Below, piece by piece: positions 38,285 through 47,374 of a stretch of DNA of 64,000 nt. The DNA is taken from NCBI GenBank assembly GCA_003056085.1, contig LSNK01000001.1, positions 152,729-216,728 of the forward strand, written 5' to 3'. A program made the position numbers and the translations under genes. Each line of letters opens with the position of its first letter. Positions within the stretch are counted from its first letter, which is position 1. This stretch comes from Parcubacteria group bacterium M6-OD1-1. GTDB lineage: Bacteria; Patescibacteriota; Minisyncoccia; GWC2-36-17; M10-OD1-4. The notes under the pieces are model-generated. The model was not told the origin of the DNA. It did not search any database and was given only the letters and a program-made list of their open reading frames with translations.

Positions 38285-39016
38285 TTATACTCCTATTTTT
38301 AAAAGTTGATCTTTTACGCCATTGGATTCGGCCAGTTCTTTTGCTTTTTTAAGAAAAAGACTGCCGTCTTCCCTGATTTTGTTCATTAGCTTGCCGCAAT
38401 TTTTGTAAATCCTAATTGCTTGGTTTACATCATATTTTTCAACTCCTCCTGCAAGCAAAGCGGCTTTTCTTATGTATTTTTTTGAAAAATTCCATTCGTT
38501 GAGATCTCTCGTATAATTTTCAGCAAGTCCTATATAAAAAAGAGCACAAGTATGCAAAGATATATCCTTCTTTTTAAGCCCGATTCTGATACAACTTACA
38601 GCTTCTCTAAACTTGCCGCATCTTCTGAGAATACTCTGCCTAATATCGCATTTATCTGCCGAAAAATTATGATAACCTCCGGCATACTTAAGCGATTTGT
38701 TTGATAATAGCAACATTCTCAAATAACACCAGCCGCCAAGCGGAAGCCAAGTTACCAAGAAAAAAGGAAGAGTTACAGGCAAAACGAGCAATGCCCACGA
38801 TGACTTAAAAAGCGATTTAAATTTTGCTGCTGTTGTGTCCGCAATAGAATAATAACTGCTGGAAAGAAATGAATAACCATCTGAGTTTTCCATTGTATTT
38901 TTAGATGACAGTTGGTTTGCGACACAATCATGCGAATCCATAAATAAAAAACTTTTATCCCAAAATGAATCTTTGTACCAACTTGATTGATAAGCTGATT
39001 CATAAACAGAAATCAT
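38285..39016 (-). CDS. Hypothetical helical-repeat protein
   Basis: 243-aa ORF, GAGGAG SD, TPR-like C-terminal half. Confidence 0.65.
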   Translation of the reverse strand: MISVYESAYQSSWYKDSFWDKSFLFMDSHDCVANQLSSKNTMENSDGYSFLSSSYYSIADTTAAKFKSLFKSSWALLVLPVTLPFFLVTWLPLGGWCYLRMLLLSNKSLKYAGGYHNFSADKCDIRQSILRRCGKFREAVSCIRIGLKKKDISLHTCALFYIGLAENYTRDLNEWNFSKKYIRKAALLAGGVEKYDVNQAIRIYKNCGKLMNKIREDGSLFLKKAKELAESNGVKDQLLKIGV

Positions 39017-39131
39017 AATTTTCTCCTCGTTTGTATTTAACTATAAAAGACCTAAAACTTTATGATGCCCACAATAACACACTTTAAAGAAAAATCAAGC
39101 TGTGTATGGTGCATATTAAACCCGCTTGCAT

Positions 39132-39176
39132 CATAAAACAAAAACTGACTAAATATAGTCAATTTTTGTTTTATGT
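39132..39176. repeat. Palindrome nearly identical to the terminator downstream of tRNA-Leu (43411-43456)
   Basis: CATAAAACAAAAACTGACTAAATATAGTCAATTTTTGTTTTATG versus ATAAAACAAAAACTGACTATGTTTAGTCAGTTTTTTGTTTTATG. Confidence 0.7.
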
Positions 39177-39554
39177 ACTGAAATACTAACCTTTGCTCGA
39201 ACCTACTTTGATAAACAATCGCAAAGCGATTGACCTTTTCCACGCGCCCCGCGCGGTGGTAGATTCAAACTTTATTTTTCGCTCCGGTAATGCGGATAAA
39301 GAAAGGGAACGCTCCGCGTACTTTCTCTCTCGCTCTCTAGGACGCGAACAACTAACTCATCCGCGCCACTCGCCTCGCTCCGCTACGGCGAGCCCCAAAA
39401 ACAAAATTTGCCTTTTCCTTTTTCAAAAAAAATTAGGGGACGAAAAAAGGATAAAAACGCAAAGGCAAAATTTTGGTTTTTTGTGGGTTCGCCTTATAGT
39501 ATAATATATCACATTATTTTAATAAAACATAATATAATATAATATATAATATAA

Positions 39555-39788
39555 ATGTTGATAATCAAAAATACATTTATGAATAACAAAGCAGTACAGA
39601 GGTTTGGAAAAAATATGAAGAAAATTCGCGAAGCGAAGAAAATGTCGCAAGGCGATATTTATCGTGCAACAAAGATTGAGCGTGCATACATCAGTAATCT
39701 TGAAGCGGGTAAACAAAACCCCACTCTCGAAACAATGGAGAAAATCGCCAACGCGTTGAGGGTTAAGGTTTCAGATTTAACAAAATAA
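39555..39788 (+). CDS. XRE-family HTH transcriptional regulator
   Basis: MSQGDI...AYISNLEAGKQNPTLETMEKIANAL. Confidence 0.9.
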   Translation: MLIIKNTFMNNKAVQRFGKNMKKIREAKKMSQGDIYRATKIERAYISNLEAGKQNPTLETMEKIANALRVKVSDLTK

Positions 39789-39790
39789 GT

Positions 39791-40386
39791 ATGAATAAAA
39801 CAAAACAAAAAAAATGCAATTTTAATACATGGCACTTGTAGCAGAGAGGAGTATTATTCCGACAAACATCCCACTCTGAGCAATAGCCACTGGTTACCAT
39901 GGTTGTCCAAACAATTGATGACTTCTGACATTCCAACAATCGCGGTAGAAATACCAAATACCAAATGTCTACATGCCAAATTATGCTGTTTGGAAAAGAG
40001 AGTTTGAAAGATTTGACATTGGACCAGAAACAATCTTAGTCGGACACAGTTGCGGCGGCGGATTCTTAGTTAGATGGCTTTCAGAAAATAATGTGCAAGT
40101 TGGGAAAGTTGTACTATTAGCTCCTTGGTTAGATCCAGAGAAAAGCAAGGGTGTCGATAATAATTTTTTTAAATTTGAAATGCGTAAAGACTTAGTAAAT
40201 CAGACAAAAGGAATCACTCTTTTTGTAAGCAAAGATGACGACAGCGATATTCAAGTGAATGTTGAGAAAATATTGAGCAATATCGGTGATATAAAAAAGA
40301 TTAAGTTTGATAACCATGGACACTTTACTTTGCACAATATGGGAACAGAAAAGTTTCCAGAATTATTGAAAGAAATTATCAAATAA
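39791..40386 (+). pseudogene. RBBP9/YdeN-family alpha/beta hydrolase with two frameshifts
   Basis: NAILIHG...SNSHWLPWL is out of frame with GHSCGG...HGHF. Lesions are an extra A in an A8 run near 39807-39814 and a 7-bp duplication ACCAAAT near 39953-39966. Confidence 0.8.
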
Positions 40387-40396
40387 AAAATTCAAT

Positions 40397-41218
40397 ATGG
40401 AAAAACTTAAAACAAAACTCAAAACATACAACAATGTTTATGTTGGTAATATTAACGGACAAAAAGTCATTGTGAAAAACATAACACCCGCTGAAAAAGA
40501 GTTTTTTGCGGTATCTACCGACTCGGTTTCAAGTAAGTACATTTCCACTCCATTAAAAATAACTGGTTCGGAGGCACAATATCTTTTTATTGAAGGTGGC
40601 GACATTGTCGGAAAAGACAAGAATACTTGGCTTAAAGCCGTACGAGTAATTGCATCGATTTGTACCATTGATTTACAATCAAAACAAAAACATCAATCTA
40701 TACCAAATGATGATGTCCAAAAATATCTTGAAAAAATAAATAATGTTGAGTTACTTGCAAATCAACATGGAGGGCACCTGAATGCAGAAAATTTCGTATT
40801 TATGCGAAAGATTTTAGACAAATTAGATCTATCAGAAAGTTTTTCTCATGATGACACGATTGCTTTAAATATTTTGTCATCCAATAACGAAGTAAAAATT
40901 ATAGACTGGGAACATGTAAAAATAAGCTTTGCTGAAAATGACATTGGTCGCTTTTTATCAGACCTTTACTGGGAAAATCCAAAAAGTGACAAATATTATT
41001 ATCCTAGCGAATGGCACGATGATTTACTGGGTGAATATTTGAATGAGAGACTCAAAATGAACCCAAATTTAGATTCAAAACAAGTTTTGGAAAACATAAA
41101 ATTTGCAAAAATGTGGAACTATCTCGGTCCGATATTTAGCATATTAAGTAAAGGCGATAAATTAGAGTCGGATTGGTTTTTGGCGAATATTGAAGCTTTT
41201 AACTTGCTTTCTAACTAA
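40397..41218 (+). CDS. APH/choline-kinase-like phosphotransferase
   Basis: FSHDDTIALNIL and KIIDWE motifs. Confidence 0.8.
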   Translation: MEKLKTKLKTYNNVYVGNINGQKVIVKNITPAEKEFFAVSTDSVSSKYISTPLKITGSEAQYLFIEGGDIVGKDKNTWLKAVRVIASICTIDLQSKQKHQSIPNDDVQKYLEKINNVELLANQHGGHLNAENFVFMRKILDKLDLSESFSHDDTIALNILSSNNEVKIIDWEHVKISFAENDIGRFLSDLYWENPKSDKYYYPSEWHDDLLGEYLNERLKMNPNLDSKQVLENIKFAKMWNYLGPIFSILSKGDKLESDWFLANIEAFNLLSN

Positions 41219-41266
41219 AATAATCTAACTAACTTAAAGACAAATTGTTAAAGTAATAAAACGAAT

Positions 41267-41683
41267 ATGAAATTAATTTTAGCTAGACATGGAGAAACAA
41301 TAGAAAATGCTACAGGCGTTTTACAGGGGCACTTGCAAGGTAAACTGTCCGAGTGAGGTCTTGCGCATGTGAAAGAACTTGCTGAGAAAATCAATGACGA
41401 TTTGCCAGATAAAATATATTCAAGCGACTTGGCACGAGCCAAAGATACAACAAACATAGTTGCTGAGAAACATCCAAATATCCCAGTTGAGTTTACGGAA
41501 CAGTTGCGCGAGCGCGATATTGGCGAGTTTACTGGCAAAACTAAGAAAGAGTCAGGGAAAGAAAATGAGAAGTTTCTGGTCACTTCACTCAACACTCCAA
41601 AACAACTCGATAACAAGCTTGTTGCTTACGCAACACCGCTCGCCGTTTTTCTATGTTTTGTGAACTTAGCACTAACTTTCTAG
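41267..41683 (+). pseudogene. Histidine phosphatase (phosphoglycerate mutase family) with nonsense codon and truncated 3' end
   Basis: MKLILARHGET...QG, in-frame TGA at 41354-41356, then YSSDLARAKDT and LRERDIGEFTG; the second catalytic His region is missing. Confidence 0.85.
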
Positions 41684-41699
41684 AAGAAATATTTTCTAG

Positions 41700-42455
41700 C
41701 TATTTTTTCGATTTCAAAACCTCTCTTATCTGCTCATTTAAATCTATTTTCTTTCCAAAATTTTGGAGTGCCAATATGATTGATTTCATTGATTTTGCAA
41801 AAGAAGAACTTTCTATTTCAACTACGGACTTTTCGTTGAAATTAAAAATATATATAAAATCTTTATAAACAATTATCATATCTTTAAAATTCAAATATTC
41901 ATCTGGGATTGTATACACTATCGTCATTCTACCGAGCATATTCTCTAGAGTTTTTTTGTCGTAATTTTCCAAAAGTTTTATATTTTTGACACTTGATACA
42001 CCAACGGATATGTTCTTTCTTTTTTTGAATAGCTCAGCAATTGCAGAAATAGTATTTTGCTCTATTGAAGAAACAAATTTCTCCATTTGATGATATGGCT
42101 CAATAAAATATATTCTCTCGTTACTTTTGTTTTTTAATATCTTTACAATAATGCTATCTATGTTTTTCAGTGAATAGTAATTTGTAACTTTAAAATTATT
42201 GTCTCCTTTTTCTTCCAAAATAATATTTTTTGCATAATCATTGAGGGTCCATTCAAAATGTCCACCAATCTGTTCTCTTTTAACCAACCCTCTTTCACCC
42301 ATTTTTCTCAGTCGAAAAGATACACTGGTTCTTTGCAAATCAAGCTGTTTAGAAAGGGGGAGTATCTTGCTTCTACCAAGTTCATTTAGAGTGGAAAGTA
42401 TTCGGAAGTCTTTTTCAGATAGTCCTAAGTTTTTGATTCTTTTTGTATATCTCAT
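41700..42455 (-). CDS. TrmB-family transcriptional regulator
   Basis: LGLSEKDFRILSTL...LQRTSVSFRLRKMGERGLV wHTH; C-terminal effector domain (IEIESSSFAKSMK-type motif). Confidence 0.8.
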   Translation of the reverse strand: MRYTKRIKNLGLSEKDFRILSTLNELGRSKILPLSKQLDLQRTSVSFRLRKMGERGLVKREQIGGHFEWTLNDYAKNIILEEKGDNNFKVTNYYSLKNIDSIIVKILKNKSNERIYFIEPYHQMEKFVSSIEQNTISAIAELFKKRKNISVGVSSVKNIKLLENYDKKTLENMLGRMTIVYTIPDEYLNFKDMIIVYKDFIYIFNFNEKSVVEIESSSFAKSMKSIILALQNFGKKIDLNEQIREVLKSKK

Positions 42456-42617
42456 CTCCTCATTATAATACTGACAAGAATATTGTCAATATAATTGATA
42501 AAAAATCCTTGTTTTAAAGCACAAAACAGTAAATCGGCATTTTTTATTACAAATTAGACTCAAATATCAAATAATACTAACAGAGCACGAAGTACTTCGT
42601 TAATCAACAATAGGAGA

Positions 42618-42851
42618 ATGATTATGTTTAAAAAAGCTTCGTTATGTGGTATCGGACTATGTGTGGAAGTAGACACCACACCAAAAGCTGGAGTTGGCGG
42701 TTTTGCCGGACCAGCAAAGATTGGGAAAGAGGGTAAGAAAAATGTTGCGATTCGCAATAGTAAAAATCCTGATCTTGTAATTTTGTTCACATACGATGAA
42801 TGGCGCGTATTTCTCGTCGGAGTGAAAAATGGCGAATTTGACGTCAAATAA
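42618..42851 (+). CDS. DUF397 domain protein
   Basis: FKKASLC...CVEV...VAIRNSKNP...FTYDEWRVFLVGVKNGEFD; SD AGGAG. Confidence 0.85.
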   Translation: MIMFKKASLCGIGLCVEVDTTPKAGVGGFAGPAKIGKEGKKNVAIRNSKNPDLVILFTYDEWRVFLVGVKNGEFDVK

Positions 42852-42916
42852 TGTGGACTTCATCGCGGGCATGTTTACATGCCCGCTCTTTTTTTAATAT
42901 AGCGAAGGAGCATGCG

Positions 42917-43195
42917 ATGACAATTAAAGAAATGTGTCTTTGTGACTATGTAGAATTGTTTATCTGCCGCAATATAAACTGTAACGAGCCGGCACAATAC
43001 TTAATAGTGGCATCGGAGGAAGATATCCTCGTCGATATTTTAATTCCTCGTCCATTATGCAGGTGCCATTTTGAAGAACTCCGAAGTTTATTTGAACAAT
43101 CAAGTATTAATCTAAAATGTGTTGAGTTGTGGAAGTATAAGAAATTAGAGAAGTTACACGATTGTGTAAATTTAACATCTGACACGAAGGGTTGA
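42917..43195 (+). CDS. Small Cys-rich hypothetical protein
   Basis: AAGGAG SD before MTIKE; CRNINC...CRCH putative Zn ligands; terminator follows. Confidence 0.5.
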   Translation: MTIKEMCLCDYVELFICRNINCNEPAQYLIVASEEDILVDILIPRPLCRCHFEELRSLFEQSSINLKCVELWKYKKLEKLHDCVNLTSDTKG

Positions 43196-43304
43196 ATCAA
43201 TACTGGGTGGTGTTATTTCAAGCAGGTGCTTCGCGCCTGCTTTTTTGTGGAATGGGAGTAGAAAAATAACAACTATTTTAAAATGGTTGTTATTTTTATT
43301 TATT

Positions 43305-43326
43305 TGTGCCGGGGAGAGGACTTGAA
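43305..43326 (-). repeat. 22-bp duplicate of the tRNA-Leu 3' end (att-like)
   Basis: TGTGCCGGGGAGAGGACTTGAA is identical to 43456-43477. Confidence 0.85.
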
Positions 43327-43457
43327 TACTCCCGAGTACTGCGTTTTAAAACCAATCGCTCTGCTCTTGGATAAAACGGGAGCCTTCGGTTCAAGTCAAT
43401 CCAGACCGCAATAAAACAAAAAACTGACTATGTTTAGTCAGTTTTTTGTTTTATGTG

Positions 43458-43541
43458 TGCCGGGGAGAGGACTTGAACCTCCACAGGGTTACCCCTAATA
43501 GCTTCTAAGGCTACCGCGTCTACCAATTCCGCCACCCCGGC
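43458..43541 (-). tRNA. tRNA-Leu (TAG)
   Basis: GCCGGGG/CCCCGGC acceptor stem, GTAGC-CTTAGAA-GCTAT anticodon arm, long variable arm and GGTTCAAGTCC T arm; CCA not encoded. Confidence 0.95.
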
Positions 43542-43715
43542 AAAAGTTTTTTATTTAATTTAATGCCATCCACAAAACATAGTAATATTATTTATGGTGG
43601 ACGCGAGTCTGCCAACCTGTCCCGTACAAAGCTTTGCTTTGTACGGGGTTCCGCCACCCCGACTCTTAATAACCTATACTACACTTTTTTCTTTTCTTTT
43701 TCAAGATTAAAAATT

Positions 43716-43758
43716 TAAATTTTACCACTTCCTCACGACCGTGACTATGTGGTAAAAT
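43716..43758 (+). repeat. 43-bp palindromic direct repeat, left of the Cas2/PaaX-like gene
   Basis: TAAATTTTACCACTTCCTCACGACCGTGACTATGTGGTAAAAT; 41/43 identical to 44378-44420. Confidence 0.9.
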
Positions 43759-43825
43759 ATATATTATATGTAATGAGTAGTATATAATGTTAAATATAAT
43801 TAAAGATAAGTTTTAAATTAAACTA

Positions 43826-44377
43826 ATGCAATTAAAAAGTACTACTAAAAAGAAAATTTTATTGCTTCTTGCTGCTGGAATTGAGCTTGGAGTAAATAGA
43901 TCGCCATTAGGTCATATAAGAATATATAAACGCCTCAATAAAGAATGGGGAGAAATTAATAAAGAAATACTAAGAAGATCTATTCATGAATTTTATAGAA
44001 AAAAAATCTTGAAATTCCAAAAAAATAAAAATGGCTCTACTACTGTAATAATAACAGAAAATGGAAAAAATGCTGCTATGAAATATAAAATAGAAAACTT
44101 AGAAATTAAAAAACCTGGCTCTTGGGATAAAAAATGGCGGGTGGTTATATTTGATGTACCGGAAAATAGAAGATGGGCAAGAGATATTTTAAGATCAAAA
44201 ATAAAAAGTCTTGGTTTTATTGAACTTCAAAAAAGTGTTTGGATATATCCTTATAATTGCAAAAATATCATTAAACTTATTACTGATTTTTTTGAAATAG
44301 AAAAATTTGTACAATATATGACCGTGAGTGACATAACCAATGAGAAAGAAATGAAACTAAAATTTAATCTTGAATAA
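43826..44377 (+). CDS. PaaX-like protein: wHTH plus Cas2-like ferredoxin-fold domain
   Basis: VIITENG wHTH wing, then WDKKWRVVIFDVPE...RDILRSKIKSLGFIELQKSVWIYPY. Confidence 0.85.
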   Translation: MQLKSTTKKKILLLLAAGIELGVNRSPLGHIRIYKRLNKEWGEINKEILRRSIHEFYRKKILKFQKNKNGSTTVIITENGKNAAMKYKIENLEIKKPGSWDKKWRVVIFDVPENRRWARDILRSKIKSLGFIELQKSVWIYPYNCKNIIKLITDFFEIEKFVQYMTVSDITNEKEMKLKFNLE

Positions 44378-44420
44378 TAAATTTTACCACTTCCTCACGA
44401 CCGTGATTGTGTGGTAAAAT
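44378..44420 (+). repeat. 43-bp palindromic direct repeat, right of the Cas2/PaaX-like gene
   Basis: Begins immediately after the stop codon. Confidence 0.9.
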
Positions 44421-44512
44421 TTAAACTTATTATTTTTCTGTAATTTATTTTTTTTTAAATTAATCAATTTTTATGCTAAAATATACATTAAATATACTTA
44501 AAATAAAATCTT

Positions 44513-45508
44513 ATGACCCAAGAAGAAGAAAGAGTTATTGATATTGTAAAAAAATCCTCTCCCGCAGTGGTTAATATTATAATATCTGAAAAAAAACGAA
44601 AGATACCTTCTCTTTCCGGTATTTCTAAAAAAAATAAACAAAATATCATTGGTGGAGGATCGGGATTTATTATTTCTGAGAACGGAATTATCTTAACAAA
44701 CAGACATGTAGTCGCAGATAGAAATGATGATTATGTGGTGGAACTGCAAAACGGAGATAAACACGACGCAAAAATTATAGCAAAAGACCAAATAAATGAT
44801 ATTGCCATTTTAAAAATTAAAGCTGAAAATCTTCCTTTTTTAGAGCTTGGAAGCTCTAAAAATTTGAAACTTGGACAAACCATAATAACAATAGGAAATG
44901 CCTTGTCTAAGTTTCATAACTCAATCTCAAAAGGTATTATATCCGGACTTCTTAGAGTTGTGTCTACTGAAGGAAATGAAGATAATACTGCACAAAACTT
45001 GAGAGGCTTAATCCAAACGGACGCCGCAATAAACCTTGGAAACTCGGGCGGACCTATGTTAGACACTGAAGGAAAAGTTATAGGCATCAATTCAGTTGTT
45101 GTTGCCGGAGCTGAAAATATAAGTTTTGCTATTCCGGTTTCCGGAGCGAGAAAAGATATAAAAGACATGGAAAAATTTGATAAAATTATTCAGCCGTCTT
45201 TAGGTGTTCGTTATGTAATTATAAATGAAGAGTTTCAAGAAAAATATAAACTTCCTGTAAGCTATGGAGCATGGATTATAAGAGAGCACTTACCGCACGA
45301 TCATGCTGTTACTCCCGGGTCTTCGGCAGAGAAAGCGGGAATAAAAGAAGATGATATTATACTTGAGTTTAATGGAATAAAAATATCAGATGGCATCGGG
45401 CTTGATGAACTTGTTCAAAAAACAAATATCTCAGACAAAGTAAGAGTAAAAATCTTAAGAAACAAAAAAGAAAAAATTGTAAATGCAATAATACAGGAAA
45501 AACGGTAA
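44513..45508 (+). CDS. htrA: HtrA/DegP-family serine protease with one PDZ domain, no signal peptide
   Basis: GSGFII, TNRHVV, DIAILK, QTDAAINLGNSGGP and C-terminal PDZ. Confidence 0.92.
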   Translation: MTQEEERVIDIVKKSSPAVVNIIISEKKRKIPSLSGISKKNKQNIIGGGSGFIISENGIILTNRHVVADRNDDYVVELQNGDKHDAKIIAKDQINDIAILKIKAENLPFLELGSSKNLKLGQTIITIGNALSKFHNSISKGIISGLLRVVSTEGNEDNTAQNLRGLIQTDAAINLGNSGGPMLDTEGKVIGINSVVVAGAENISFAIPVSGARKDIKDMEKFDKIIQPSLGVRYVIINEEFQEKYKLPVSYGAWIIREHLPHDHAVTPGSSAEKAGIKEDDIILEFNGIKISDGIGLDELVQKTNISDKVRVKILRNKKEKIVNAIIQEKR

Positions 45509-45562
45509 CTCGAATTATTTAAAAACCCCGCACTTCAAAAAGCGCGGGGTTTTTAAATAATT

Positions 45563-47362
45563 TTATTTTTTCAATATTTCATCTAAAGCCTCTGTATACA
45601 AGGCTGCTGACCAACTTTGAGCAAAACAACCGAAAGAAGAAAATTTATCTGCAGAAGACACCTCAGAATGATGCCCTAATGCTCCGGACCACAAAATATC
45701 ATTTATACTTGCGCTCAAAATACTCTCTATATTTTTCTTAAATTTATGAACATCTGTCTTTTTTAATGCAATTACCGCCATATTATTTAAAAAATACCAA
45801 GAATCTCCGCGATGATAACTTTGGTCAGGACTTAAACAACCTCTGTATTCGCCGCAAAACAAAGAACTATTTTTTGATATACTTGAAAGCCCGCCCCAAG
45901 GAAGCCATAACTCATCTAATGCGTTTAAAAAAACTTTTGACCACTCGTGCTTAAACAAAAGCTCCGGATAAATATAAAAAGCAAAGAAAATATTTGGTCT
46001 TATGCTTTTGTCGTCTATCCCATCTTTTAATGACTCTCCAGTAAAAAAATATTCCCTAACTTTTTTTGAAAGATTATGTTCAAGTTCAAAATATTTTCTT
46101 TCTCCTGTAAGTTTTGCCGCTAAATTGTACATTTTTAATCGTAAAGCCTGCATTTCTATTCTTATTCCTTCTCTTGCATCTCCTTGAAATTCTGAATCCA
46201 TCCATGTTTCTTTTGGTCCATTTACTGCAAATCCTTCTCTTGTTTCATGAATTAAAACCCTTTTTATTTCCTCTTCTAAAATATTTTTAATTTCAAAAAT
46301 CTCATCTTGTGCAAGAATATCTTCTGAAATTAATTCTTCTGCTCTTTTAAAAAATAACCCGTGTGCACCAGCGCTCTCAAGACAACCGGTACTACAACTT
46401 GCTATTTTTTTATTATTTTTAAATTCTTCAAAATACTTCAAAAAAAGCTCTAATTTTTGACTATTAGACAAAGAAACTAATGAAATTAAAGAATCTCTCG
46501 CCCAGAATTGAGAAAACCATGGAATACCCGCATACATACCATCTATATTACCGTCTTGGTCATGAACGAGCATATTTGAAAGAGAAAATTTTGCTGAAAG
46601 AAAAGCCATTCCCGCTTCATTATTTGAAATCTCAGGACTATTTTGAGACTCAAATTCATTTATATTTTTTTGATGATCTTTTTTTAGCCCATCAAGATTT
46701 TTAAAAACAATCTCCGCTTCGGACACGGCTCTTTCTTTGTCTTCTGAAACTGAAAAAACAAATTTAAACCCCTCCAACTCCATTGCCGAAAAAACATAAC
46801 GCCCAAAAGGAGGGTCCTTTCTTTTGAAATCATATTTGTAATCACGCAATACCCAATTCTTTTTTATCTTATATGTAAAGCTGTCACTGTAAATTACTAC
46901 AAAAAAACTATATTTTTTTTCTCCATCTTGAGACTTTGTGTATTTTATTATTATCTTTTCATCTTCCTCTGAAAAATCATATACTCTATTCCATTCATCG
47001 TTATCAAACATTTCCTTTGCATCTAAAATGAGATCAAAAGAGACATTTTTATTTGTTTCATACACTAAAGTATTGAAGCCATAAGGTATAAAAAAAGATT
47101 CTTTAGTCTCATCTTTTCTTTCAACTTCAAAATTCCAAAAATTATTTGTGATTTTTTTAATCTCAGAAGCATTATGAAGCTTTATAGACTCAATAGACTT
47201 AAAAAGCTTTTCGTCATATCTGTGGTAGAATCCTCCGTATCTTGATTCCGGATTATCTTGCCATGAAAAAAAACCTCCAATCCTGTTTGTAAGAATCATT
47301 TTAAAATTCCCTTTTAAATCTTTTTCTGCCTCTTTGCCGGAAAATTTATGTAAAACTTTCAT
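45563..47362 (-). CDS. Amylo-alpha-1,6-glucosidase / glycogen debranching enzyme (GH133-like)
   Basis: AGIPWFSQFWARD, ETWMDS, IRPN, YHRGDSW and AQSWSAA. Confidence 0.88.
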   Translation of the reverse strand: MKVLHKFSGKEAEKDLKGNFKMILTNRIGGFFSWQDNPESRYGGFYHRYDEKLFKSIESIKLHNASEIKKITNNFWNFEVERKDETKESFFIPYGFNTLVYETNKNVSFDLILDAKEMFDNDEWNRVYDFSEEDEKIIIKYTKSQDGEKKYSFFVVIYSDSFTYKIKKNWVLRDYKYDFKRKDPPFGRYVFSAMELEGFKFVFSVSEDKERAVSEAEIVFKNLDGLKKDHQKNINEFESQNSPEISNNEAGMAFLSAKFSLSNMLVHDQDGNIDGMYAGIPWFSQFWARDSLISLVSLSNSQKLELFLKYFEEFKNNKKIASCSTGCLESAGAHGLFFKRAEELISEDILAQDEIFEIKNILEEEIKRVLIHETREGFAVNGPKETWMDSEFQGDAREGIRIEMQALRLKMYNLAAKLTGERKYFELEHNLSKKVREYFFTGESLKDGIDDKSIRPNIFFAFYIYPELLFKHEWSKVFLNALDELWLPWGGLSSISKNSSLFCGEYRGCLSPDQSYHRGDSWYFLNNMAVIALKKTDVHKFKKNIESILSASINDILWSGALGHHSEVSSADKFSSFGCFAQSWSAALYTEALDEILKK

Positions 47363-47374
47363 ATTAAAAAAATC

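Noticed and set aside
39193-39504. 103-aa ORF in the GC-rich palindromic stretch
   Set aside because: It runs through inverted-repeat DNA, starts at TTG without an SD, and is more likely non-coding element-end sequence.
41354-41356. In-frame TGA as evidence of genetic code 25 or selenocysteine
   Set aside because: valS and several other genes end in TGA, the long genes have no internal TGA, and this gene is also truncated; a simple nonsense mutation fits best.
43716-44420. CRISPR-Cas locus
   Set aside because: Only two repeats, 619 bp apart, with no spacer array and no cas1 or effector genes.
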